Positions 1-9,844 of a DNA stretch of 35,642 bases are shown here, piece after piece; the first letter of the stretch is position 1; every line of letters starts with the position of its first letter. Both the position numbers and the translations under genes were made by a program. Under the pieces are notes generated by a model. The model did no database searches. It had not been told where the DNA came from and worked only from the letters and a program-made list of their open reading frames with translations. Origin of the DNA: Octopus sinensis (taxonomy: Eukaryota); NCBI RefSeq assembly GCF_006345805.1, contig NW_021828069.1, positions 1-35,642 on the forward strand. Reading direction: 5' to 3'.

Positions 1-471
1 TTTTGTCTTGGTATAAAATGGGCTACAGCAAATATTCTGCTCAATACCACAGATTTGCTTGTCAGTTGTTTGACCTTAACCAGTTGAGCATGTCCCTTAG
101 TGGCTGACGATATGTGCATCTCTGATCATGAGCAGAAGTAGTGGGGGAGCATCATAGCCCTGTGTTGAAAGGATTCTTTGGGATTTGAATAATTCACCTC
201 TGGAAAGATGGGTGTTTCGTTCAACGTCCTTAAACACACCCTTATTCAGGGACCTTTTGAGCGGGATGGTTACTCGATCTGAAGAAAATTCTAACTGGGC
301 TCCACCTGCAAGGTCATGTGCTGTTTATCTTGATATGAGATCACCATATCGCGCACATATGGTTGTGATGCATGTCCTGGTGTACCTTATCAGACGGGTA
401 GTCATGATGGGTATACTGGGCTTCGTATTTTTACCCGTGTCACTTTGATGGCATCTCTGCTCGCTCACATC
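1..471 (+). mobile_element. Unclassified (AAT)n-tailed interspersed repeat, copy 1 (cut by window edge)
   Basis: Colinear and highly similar to 19771-20249; both copies end at the same point and run into (AAT)n. Confidence 0.8.
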
Positions 472-479
472 AATAATAA

Positions 480-517
<38 letters not shown>

Positions 518-526
518 GAAAAATAA

Positions 527-560
<34 letters not shown>

Positions 561-640
561 TAATAATAATAATAATAATATATGATGTGATGATATAATA
601 ATAATAATAATAATATAATAATAATGATGTTGATGATAAT
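472..640. repeat. (AAT)n microsatellite
   Basis: Direct observation. Confidence 0.95.
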
Positions 641-647
641 AAACATA

Positions 648-950
648 TTTTCTTTTACTTGCCACAAGGACATCGTATAAGGGAAACATTACAAGGACAC
701 TTTCAAAGACAGTTTACAATCTTGTGTGGAGAATTACATAAAAAAAATGAGGGACAGAGTAAGAGAAAGCGGGGAAATGTGATGTGAAGACATGAATGAT
801 CCAGTTTTCTTAACGGAAGAGAATCTCCAGTTAAAACCAAACAACGAACCCCACACACCCAGAACCTCACTTGCCACCAGGACACAAATCATTAACTAAC
901 TGTCGTTTTTCAATCTACAGGTGCATACTTAGGGTAGTTCCATTCACCCC
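648..950 (-). mobile_element. 3' end of Tx1/L1-clade LINE (ORF2 C-terminus plus 3' UTR)
   Basis: Minus strand 947-915 reads VNGTTLSMHL*, matching LNGPTLSVHL* (ending 18953) and LNGSTLNMLF (~17350). Terminus CTTGTGGCAAGTAAAAGAAA resembles the other Tx1-like ends. Confidence 0.6.
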
Positions 951-954
951 AAAC

Positions 955-1285
955 CAATTGACAAAATTTTCCAGGATGGGGTAGGGGAGAATTTCCTTTT
1001 CGATTCCAACATCCTTTTCCAGTTTGATGGGGGTTTGACTTAAGAAGAAAATGCCTGTCCCATAACGATAATTTTGGCTTATTTTCTATTTAAAATTTCG
1101 TTTTTGGATTTCGTTTGCAAGATTCTTTATGTGAGTTCGTGTGTTGAAGCATATTCTGTTGTGTCTGGGGAGAGTCGTTTTGTTTTTGTGCCTTATAATG
1201 TAACACTCTCACCGGTAAAATTTCCACTTATTTCTTATTTTTACTTCCCTAAAACTTTCGTTGCGTCTTGCAACCTTTTCAAGTC
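955..1285 (-). mobile_element. Probable Penelope-like element remnant
   Basis: Begins with a degenerate hammerhead-like motif TTGAAAA-G-GTTGC-aagac-GCAAC-GAAA (1283-1256), followed by A-rich decayed coding-like sequence. Confidence 0.4.
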
Positions 1286-1319
1286 TTGAGTCTGTCCGTT
1301 ATTTACACTGCGTTCTTTT

Positions 1320-1710
1320 TTGTTTGTTTGTGCGCATGTGTGTGGGTCAGTGAGTGTGTGTGGGTGCCTATGCATGCGTGCATATACGTATATATGTGTG
1401 TATGTATGTATTTATGTATGCATGTGTGTATGTATACATGTATGCATATGTATATATGTATGTATGTGTGTGCATCTGTATGTATGTATTCTGCATATTC
1501 ATGTGCTTGCATATCCGTGTTTGTGTATTTTATATGTATGTGTGTGTGTGAGTGCGTGTTTGTATATGTATGCACCTCTGTCTCCTTGTGTGTGTATGTC
1601 TGTGCGTGTGTGTATGTGTATGTTTTGCAACTATGTACCATGTTTGTATGTATGGATGTGCATCTCTATATGTGTGGACCCGTGTCTCCATATGTGTCCT
1701 CGTGTAATAG
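1320..1710. repeat. Degenerate (TG)n/(TATG)n low-complexity tract
   Basis: Direct observation. Confidence 0.9.
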
Positions 1711-1767
1711 TGATAATTATTAATCACAATAATGGAATCAGTGACATTGATTTATCGTTAGGAATGA

Positions 1768-2141
1768 TACTACTACTACTACTACTACAGCTACTACCAC
1801 CATCACCACCACCACCACCGCTATTACTACTACAACTTCTACCACCACCGCCACCACCACCACCACCACTACCACTACTACTACCAATATTACCACCACT
1901 ACTACCACTGCTACAACCACTATTACTACTTACTACCTTCACCATCATCCCCACCACCACTATTATTACTACTGCTACAACTACTGCTAAAATAACCACC
2001 ACTATTACTGCTACTATTACTACTGCTACCACCACCACCACTACTACTACTATTACTACCGCTACTACAACCGCCACCACCACTACCACTACTACTACCT
2101 GCACCATGACAACTACCACCACAACCACAACTACCACCACA

Positions 2142-2200
<59 letters not shown>
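1768..2200. repeat. Compound (CTA)n/(CCA)n trinucleotide array
   Basis: Direct observation. Confidence 0.95.
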
Positions 2201-2263
2201 ACAATTCTAAAAGAAAAATTGATATCGCTACCGTGGTTGTTGTAATTACTCGTAACTTTAGTG

Positions 2264-2531
2264 TTACTTGTTTCAGTCATTGAAGTGCGGCCATGCTAGA
2301 GCACCACTTCGTAACGCTTACACAAACAAATCGATTCCAGTTTTTATTCCAAGTCTGGTGCATATTCTATTGGTTTCTTTTTATCGAACCACTAAGTTTC
2401 GTGAAGGTAAGCAAACCAACACCGTTTGCCAAGTGGTAGTGAGGAGTCAAACTCAAAGACACGCGGTGTTATTCACACACATGCACGCACATATCAACAC
2501 ACACACACACACACACAGCCACTCCTGTGCT
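2264..2531 (-). mobile_element. SINE family B, diverged and internally deleted
   Basis: 3' part matches the reverse complement of ~13530-13735; GCCACTCCTGTGC at ~2518-2530 matches the family 5' end. Confidence 0.7.
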
Positions 2532-2583
2532 TATATATATATATATATATATATATAGTATATATATATACTATGGGACAGGC

Positions 2584-2621
<38 letters not shown>

Positions 2622-2629
2622 GTATATTC

Positions 2630-3023
2630 TCTTCTACTCTAGACACAATGCCCAAAATTTGGGGGGAGGGGTCCAATCGAGTAGATCGAACCCAGTACGC
2701 AACTGGTACTTAATTTATCGACCCCGAAAGGATGAAGGGCAAAGTCGACCTCGGCTGAATTTGAACTCAGAATATAAAGACAGATGAAATACCTATTTCT
2801 TTACTACCCACGACGGGCTAAACACAGAGGGGACAAACAAGGACAGACAAAGGGATTAAGTCGATTACATCGACCCCAGTGCGTAACTGGTACTTATTTA
2901 ATCGACCCTGAAAGGATGAAAGGCAAAGTCGACCTCGGCGGAATTTGAACTCAGAACGTAGCGGCAGACGAAAAATCGCTAAGCATTTTGCTCGGCATGC
3001 TAACGTTTCTGCAAGCTCGCCGC
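2630..3023 (-). mobile_element. SINE family A, tandem/dimeric arrangement
   Basis: Monomer 3023-~2796 has a tRNA-like head (B box GAGTTCAAATTCC) and central GCCTTTCATCCTTTCAGGGTCGA...AAGTACCAG (Meta-SINE-like core, from recall). A 5'-truncated second unit ~2795-2630 has a different tail. Confidence 0.9.
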
Positions 3024-3367
3024 TTATACTTATACATATATTATGCGTCAGGCTTCGTAGATTTTTAAAAATACATTAGAAAAATCCATATAAATAGATT
3101 AGCAACTCCAAAAACTGTATTCTCCACAATTCTGTTAGACACAACAATTATAATTTAATAAAAATAGCGTAAGAAATATATTTCTCTATTTTTATCCAAA
3201 ATTTTGACCCGAAAAACACAGTTTTTTTTCTACTATTTCTTAATTTTTCATTTTCAATCTTTAACCTTCAGTATGAAGTAATGCCATTGTGTATTTGTCT
3301 GATCTCCAGGGTACCACAAAATCAAAAAGAATACCAGTGGAGTTAGAAGCTTCTTTACTGGACCGTG

Positions 3368-3552
3368 ACTCTCTTTCCCTCTTCCCCTCTCTCTCTCTCT
3401 ATCTATCTATCTCTGTGTCTTTCACTCTTTCTCCTTTATCTCTCTCCACCAAATCCTCTCTCTATCAAATCCTCTCTCTTCCTCTCCCTCTGTTCTACCC
3501 CCTTCTCTCTCAATCTCTCTCTCTCTCTCTGTCTCTCGCTCTCCCCCCTTTC
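3368..3552. repeat. (CT)n polypyrimidine tract
   Basis: Direct observation. Confidence 0.9.
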
Positions 3553-3754
3553 TAGTTTGATAATAGTAGGTGATGAGTGAGAAGTGTTGTCTCGATGGTT
3601 TCTTTCAAAGGTGGTGATTGTTATGGTGCTGATGAAAGGAGAAACAGACGATGATGGTAAAGTTCGAAGCTGTAGAAATACTTATAGCGTTGAGATGGGT
3701 GGTGTTGATAGTGATGCTGGTGGCTAGCATCTATAGCGTCGACGTAACGTTGTG

Positions 3755-3761
3755 TAGTAGC

Positions 3762-3825
<64 letters not shown>

Positions 3826-3860
3826 TTGGAGCAGTGACAGTAGTAGTAGCAGCAGCATCT

Positions 3861-3891
<31 letters not shown>

Positions 3892-3952
3892 TAGTAGTAC
3901 TAGTAGTAGTATTGGAGCAGTGGCAGTAGTAGTAGTAGTATCAGCAGCATCT

Positions 3953-4012
<60 letters not shown>

Positions 4013-4046
4013 CTGCTGCTGCTGGTTGTAGTAGTAGTAGTAGTAG
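3755..4046. repeat. (TAG)n/(CAG)n array with a duplicated higher-order unit
   Basis: ATTGGAGCAGTGRCAGTAG...GCATCTGCAGCAG occurs near 3824 and at 3911. Confidence 0.9.
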
Positions 4047-4554
4047 AATCTTGAACGTACAAACCTTCGATCAAAGAAGGTGTTCCAACCGTGGCGATCC
4101 AAAGTGTATCATATCCACAAGGAGCATGTTTGTTTCCCTTTATTTTCAGTATCCAAAGAGGGCAAGTTGTGATGTGATACGTAGTTGATTTAGATGCTAT
4201 TTCTAGCAGGGCAGGATACCATATATGCGAAGAGATTTAACTTTGGTAGAAGCTGTATGATGATTGATGCGCCCATAGTTGTAATGTTGTTTCGGTAGTT
4301 ATGCAGACAAGGAAACAAAGCATTCGTTAAGTTAACTTGTGAGAGGCGATAAAAATGGCATCTCATTCAAACATTGACAGTGACAGATGTCTGGTAAAAC
4401 CAAAAACAAAACTGAAAGCGTTAGAGTATAGCGAAATAGACAACAAAGAATCTTCAGGATGCTTTATATGTGTTTATGCATATACACACACGGACAAACG
4501 ATGGAGACCTAAAAATTTCGTGGCTTTGGGTAAAAGAAAATATAGGAGGATCGG

Positions 4555-4747
4555 TTAATTATGACATTATTCACCATACTTCCCTCTAAGATTCACGCGC
4601 TAACCGTAGAGGTATTTCAGTTTTTCTAAGCCCAGTAAAAGAACTCGGAAGGTTGTGCCTTCAACCAGGCTTTTCCTGATACCCTAAAGGCGAGGAACTT
4701 TTCAGATGAACCCACTCGTGTGTGTGTGTATGTGTGTGAGTGTATAC

Positions 4748-4781
<34 letters not shown>

Positions 4782-4914
4782 CCCTTTCTGTAGAAGAGCG
4801 TAGGCTCGAAACGTAAAGGACTTTTTCTATTCCTGGGCGTTATACTAATACATCTGTTTGTTTTGTACACCACCTGTCTTCGTCTTTTCTTTTTTTTTTT
4901 TCGTAAACTCTCCC
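4555..4914 (+). mobile_element. Probable Penelope-like pseudo-LTR remnant with internal microsatellite
   Basis: Hammerhead-like CTGTAGA-A-GAGC-gtag-GCTC-GAAAC-GTA at 4788-4815; T-rich 3' part ends in (TA)n. The 5' boundary is uncertain. Confidence 0.5.
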
Positions 4915-5077
4915 TATATATATATATTCTTCTTTTTGCCTATGTAAATTACGCGTATTACTGGCTGTGGAGATATATTGTAGTAGAAGAATTAGTAGTT
5001 TTGACGGCTATTTCTAAATTTCGGTATGTGGTGAAGCAACTTTTGCTGATTCCTTAATTATGTATATATATATGTGT

Positions 5078-5108
<31 letters not shown>

Positions 5109-5213
5109 ATGTATGTAGTTGTATGTATGTATGTGTATGTATGTATCTTTAATACAATATGTGACAATTATTCGGTTGCCATAATAAAACTCCGAGTTTC
5201 GAATGTCGGAGCG

Positions 5214-5299
<86 letters not shown>

Positions 5300-5301
<2 letters not shown>

Positions 5302-5840
5302 GATGCAAATAGGCCAGGCATCATATTGAAAGACTTCAGACAAAGAACATGCCTCCTCATTGATATGACTGTCCCAATCGATATAAACGTATCTGTCAAG
5401 ACCTACAAAAAACTGAGCAAATATAAAGATCTTGAAATAGAAATCAGCAAAATGTGGAAGCTGAAGACTAAAACAATACCTGTTGTCATAGGTGCCCTGG
5501 GAATGATAGCGAAAGGGACTGATTGCTACCTAACTCAGATACCAGGAAACCCCAAAATGGCAGAAATTCAAAAGATAGTGCTCATGGGAACTGCTCATAT
5601 CCTACGCAAAATACTCTCTATGTAATCCCAAGGTTTAAAACAAACTTTTTTATTATTCTTTTAATTTTTATTTATTTTTTTTTGTTTATTTTTTATTTTT
5701 ATGTATTAGACATTCACTAGTACAACACCAAAAAAAAAACCCCAAATATATGGCACAGAACTTCTAACCTGTTGTCTCTTGAGGTCTCTGGGTGAGACTT
5801 GGAGCCAACTTGTACAGACATAAAGCAAAAGTCAAACATA
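5300..5840 (+). mobile_element. 5'-truncated R4/Dong-type non-LTR retrotransposon (REL domain plus 3' UTR) within (TAA)n
   Basis: ORF to 5625 reads ANRPGIILKD...LLIDMTVP...KLSKYKDL...IPVVIGALG, a PD-(D/E)xK REL signature with the catalytic D changed to G. Flanked by (AAT)n on both sides, consistent with known Dong TAA targeting. Confidence 0.88.
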
Positions 5841-5860
5841 GAATAATAATAATAATAATA

Positions 5861-6008
5861 TCAAAAAATACTTTAGGAATGAGCATCCAGGTTCGAATTT
5901 TCCCCAAGACACCTGATGAAGGCTGGAGGGTATATCAGCCGAGACGTTGTGTTAATAACAAACAAGATGAAGACAAATATCCGTCAAATGTAAATAATGT
6001 AAATAACA
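5861..6008 (+). mobile_element. Short Penelope-like remnant with hammerhead-like motif
   Basis: GACAC-CTGATGA-A-GGCTG-(10 nt)-CAGCC-GAGAC-GTT-GTGTT at 5908-5953. Confidence 0.55.
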
Positions 6009-6493
6009 TATATGTGTCTACTTTTACTATAAATAGACATATTATGCCCTTTTAGAATCGGGATGATCCCGGGATTGAAACCTGTCCATCATTTGGTTCT
6101 TGAATATCCAGCATTTGAATCTGGTTTAAAAGCATTTGGTTTGCTATTTCTAGCAGGTAAGGTTTGGCTGATTCACGCCATCTTTGTTGGCGTTTGTCAG
6201 ATGACGTGTGAGATCGAGTAGAAATAAATGACATTCGCTTCGTTAATTTTACGTCGAGATAATAACTTTGGGACAAATAGCCCCACATTTGGAATTCAAC
6301 TTAGGACTGGAAGAGTAGAATGATTGCATTACAGAATTAATTTTCATCTGTCCTTAACCTCCGGGGCCTATATTCATTATAGATGTATTATAGTCATGTT
6401 ATTTTTCCCTCCTTAGTTTTGGGCTGCTGGGCCAACTAGCCCTCCGCTGGAGTTAGCTTAAAAGTCTGCATGGAGTGCGGCTTTTAAGCTATT

Positions 6494-6598
6494 ATGTATG
6501 TATGTATGTATGTATGTATGTATGTATGTATGTATGTATGTATGTATGTATGTATGTATGTATGTATATATGTATGTATGTATATATGTATATATATA

Positions 6599-6635
<37 letters not shown>
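6494..6635. repeat. (TATG)n plus (TA)n microsatellite
   Basis: Direct observation. Confidence 0.95.
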
Positions 6636-6640
<5 letters not shown>

Positions 6641-8102
6641 GCCAGTCTCCCTGACGTCACACATAATAAGTAAGGTCATGGAACGAATCATCAGGAAAAA
6701 ACTGATCACGTTCCTCGAAGAAACTAACCGTCTCACTGACACACAGCATGGCTTTCGCCCAGGAAGAAGCTGCCTTACGCAGCTGTTACAACACTACGAC
6801 TGGGTACTGAAACAACTACTGGATCGCTCACAGGTGGATGTGGTATATCTCGACTTTGCGAAGGCCTTTGACAAAGTCGACCACGGAGTGATATGTCACA
6901 AATTACTCAGACTCGGCATAACAGGAAAAGTAGGTGAGTGGATACATGACTTCCTGAAGGACAGAAGCCAGATGGTTGCAGCCAATGGAGCCCTCTCGGG
7001 AAAGACACCAATAGCAAGCGGGGTGCCACAGGGCACAGTCTTGGGACCCTTGCTGTTTTTTGGTGGCGCTCTCTGACATGCCCTTGGTAGCACAAACAAC
7101 ATCCCTCACTAGCTATGCTGATGACACAAAGGTAGCACAGGCAATTAAAAACCCAGCTGATGCTGACCTTTTACAACAAGATCTGGATGCCATATACAAA
7201 TGGGCTGAAGAAAAAAACAACATGCAATTTAATGCTGGTAATTTCAAGCCCTACAATATCAAGCTGTAAACACATAACATTACAACACAACTATACTGGT
7301 CCAGGAGGGATCGAAATCCCAGTATCGAAATCAATACGGGACCTGGGGATAGACATGAGTGACGATGCATCTTTTTCTTCACACATCGCGAAGGTGGCGA
7401 CAATGTGCAGACGACTCACGGCTGGATCCTGAGGACATTCCGGACAAGAGACTGCGAGACCATGTTGACACTATGGAGGACATTTGTCCTAAGCCGCCTA
7501 GACTACTGCTCCCAACTGTGGTCACCGCATAGTGTCAAACTAACCACAGAGCTTGAGACAATCCAAAGACATTTCACCAAGAGGATTTCCACCATGAAAG
7601 AAAAGAACTATGGGAGAGGCTTAGGGAACTCAATTTGTACTCCTTGGAACGAAGACGAGAGAGATATGCAGTGATATACATATGGAAAATCCTGGAGGGA
7701 CTAGCACCAAATTTTGGAATTGAGAGCTGTTCCAATCCCCGTACAGGTCGTCACTGTGTGGTGCCAAAGGTCCCGTCTTCCACATCCAGGGTAAGGAGCA
7801 GATACTGTAATAGCCTTCAGGGGCCCTCAGCTGTTCAACAAACTGCCAAGAAAACTAAGAGATCTACATGATGCGGATGTGGACATTTTCAAAAAACATC
7901 TAGACAAGCTGCTTTCCGGGATCCCAGATGAACCCACTGCAAGGTACGAAGGTAACCTAAGGGCAGCAGCTACAAACTCTCTCTTAGATCAGTGGCCAGC
8001 CACGGCAAACTGGACTTAGAGAGGGTAGCAACAAGGGCGGTGCCCCAGCATGGCCTCAGCCGGATGGCTGAAACAAGTAAAAGAGTAAAAGAGTAAAAGA
8101 GA
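6636..8102 (+). mobile_element. 5'-truncated CR1-group LINE; frameshifted reverse transcriptase and ORF2 C-terminus (stop 8017-8019)
   Basis: RT motifs [45 protein letters not shown] and YADDTK, then LYSLERRRERY. Short 3' UTR with a stem-loop and an 8-bp tandem tail (GTAAAAGA)3. Confidence 0.92.
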
Positions 8103-8259
8103 TATATATATATATAGGCCTGCTCACCTAGCCAGCGGGTTGGCATCATTCGAATTGCATTGTGTCCAGCGATGTATGGCATCATCCAATCGTCTGATCG
8201 ATAGCGTGCTCCCGTGATATATTATTATTATATATATATTATATATATATATATAATAT

Positions 8260-8293
<34 letters not shown>

Positions 8294-8390
8294 ATATAAC
8301 ATATATAATATTAGGGAGTAAATTCATACTTACAGGGAAAAATTAGATTTAGGATAAAAATCTAATTTTACAGTATAAATATATATATAT

Positions 8391-8680
8391 TAAATTAGAG
8401 ATAAAACCACTATTAGGCAAATCAAACAGTGAAAAATATAAACCAATACATAGAAATAAAATTAATTAATATAATATACAAAATATATAAGATATAAATT
8501 CAAAATTTAAATTATTTAAATTTAAAGTTAAAATTTTAAAAATTATTTAAATTATTAATTTATACTTATGAATTTTATATATTATATATATTATTATTAT
8601 TATTCTTTTTTATATATAAATATAACTATCAAAAAGTATTAGAGTACTGTTTGATTTGCCTAAAAGTGGTTTTATCTCTA

Positions 8681-8685
<5 letters not shown>
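8391..8685. repeat. Inverted repeat pair (40 bp, 1 mismatch) around an AT-rich spacer
   Basis: 8391-8430 TAAATTAGAGATAAAACCACTATTAGGCAAATCAAACAGT versus the reverse complement of 8646-8685. Confidence 0.9.
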
Positions 8686-8726
<41 letters not shown>

Positions 8727-8872
8727 TACATACATACAACATACATATATACATACATACATACATACATACATACATACATACATACATACATACATAC
8801 ATACATACATACATACATGCATACATACATACATACATACATACATACATACATACATACATACATACATAC
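8686..8872. repeat. (TA)n plus (CATA)n microsatellite
   Basis: Direct observation. Confidence 0.95.
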
Positions 8873-9141
8873 AATGCAGCCATCTCATTTACACTTACAA
8901 CACTATCGTCACTTCACAATAACTAAAATAATTTATGTAATATGTACGCAAAACGTAAATTTTAAATTAACAGAAACAAAAATTTACCAATACAGAATAT
9001 AATGACGAAACAACCAGGAAGCAACAGGATAACAAATGAATGAGCTAATAGAAAAACGATAAGTAAAAACAGGATATAGATTCACAAATTCGATACGATT
9101 ATGCAGCCAACTAGAACCACATTAGTTTCTCTAATTTGCAT

Positions 9142-9480
9142 GCTGAGACCACCTTCGGTCATGACTCACCATGGGATTGCACCTAGAAAGTTATCCTCCC
9201 AGGCACAAGTCCGGGCAAGGTTGTTTATGGAAGACCAGCAGTCGCCCATGCATAGCAACTTCCCCTCTTCACGCCACCGTTGCTATCCAAGGGAAAAGCA
9301 AAATCCGATACAGCTTAGCACCTGTGACGTCACAACTCATTTCTACAGCTGAGTGAACTGGTGCAACGTGAAAAAAAGTGTCTTGCTCAAGAACACAACA
9401 CCTAGCCCGGTCCGGGATTCGAACTCACAACTTCACGATTGTAAGCTCGACCCTCTAACCACTGAGCCATGCGCCTTCAC
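9142..9480 (-). mobile_element. SINE family C, full length, with 11-bp target-site duplication (TSD)
   Basis: Head GTGAAGGCGCATGGCTCAGTGGTTAG...GAGTTCGAATCCC (A and B boxes), then TTCTTGAGCAAGACACTT. TSD CTAATTTGCAT at 9131-9141 and 9481-9491. Confidence 0.9.
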
Positions 9481-9844
9481 CTAATTTGCATATTGATGTA
9501 GATATTAGTGAATCAATTTCGTTAATATATCCAAATTTTACAAATCATGCTCATAGCGTTATACGCTTATATATCCCACAGCTGTAGTATCCGTATCAAT
9601 TAATTCACGTTGTTAACATTTCGATTAAGCGCAGAAACAAAAGCTATTTTTGTTCCATCCGAGTGAACGTGTACTATAATTAGAAACAATTTACTATTCT
9701 CTGTCACCAGGAGTGAGTAATCAATTTCTGAAGAAACTTTATGAAAATCTATATATAGTTAGATTGATTGTTTTCCTTTTTTGTCCGCCAGAAAATTCCT
9801 GTCCTTTTTTTCACAGAGCTTACATTGTACAGTGTTGTTTAATA

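Noticed and set aside
921-980. Apparent + strand exon (CTACAG|G...GG|GTAGGG)
   Set aside because: Better explained as the antisense of a Tx1-like C-terminus (VNGTTLSMHL*) and the adjacent element.
1268-2210. Long ORFs rich in C/V/Y/M, Pro and Thr
   Set aside because: They are translations of (TG)n and (CTA/CCA)n microsatellites, open in several frames on both strands.
5203-5299. Poly-Asn N-terminus on the REL ORF
   Set aside because: It is the (AAT)n target site in frame by chance with a truncated retrotransposon.
8120-8217. Short GC-balanced insert between (TA)n tracts
   Set aside because: Probably a retroposon 3' fragment, but no second copy or motif in the window supports a call.
9405-9480. 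tRNA gene
   Set aside because: The tRNA-like head is continuous with a SINE body and bounded by a TSD; the same applies to the other A/B-box heads.
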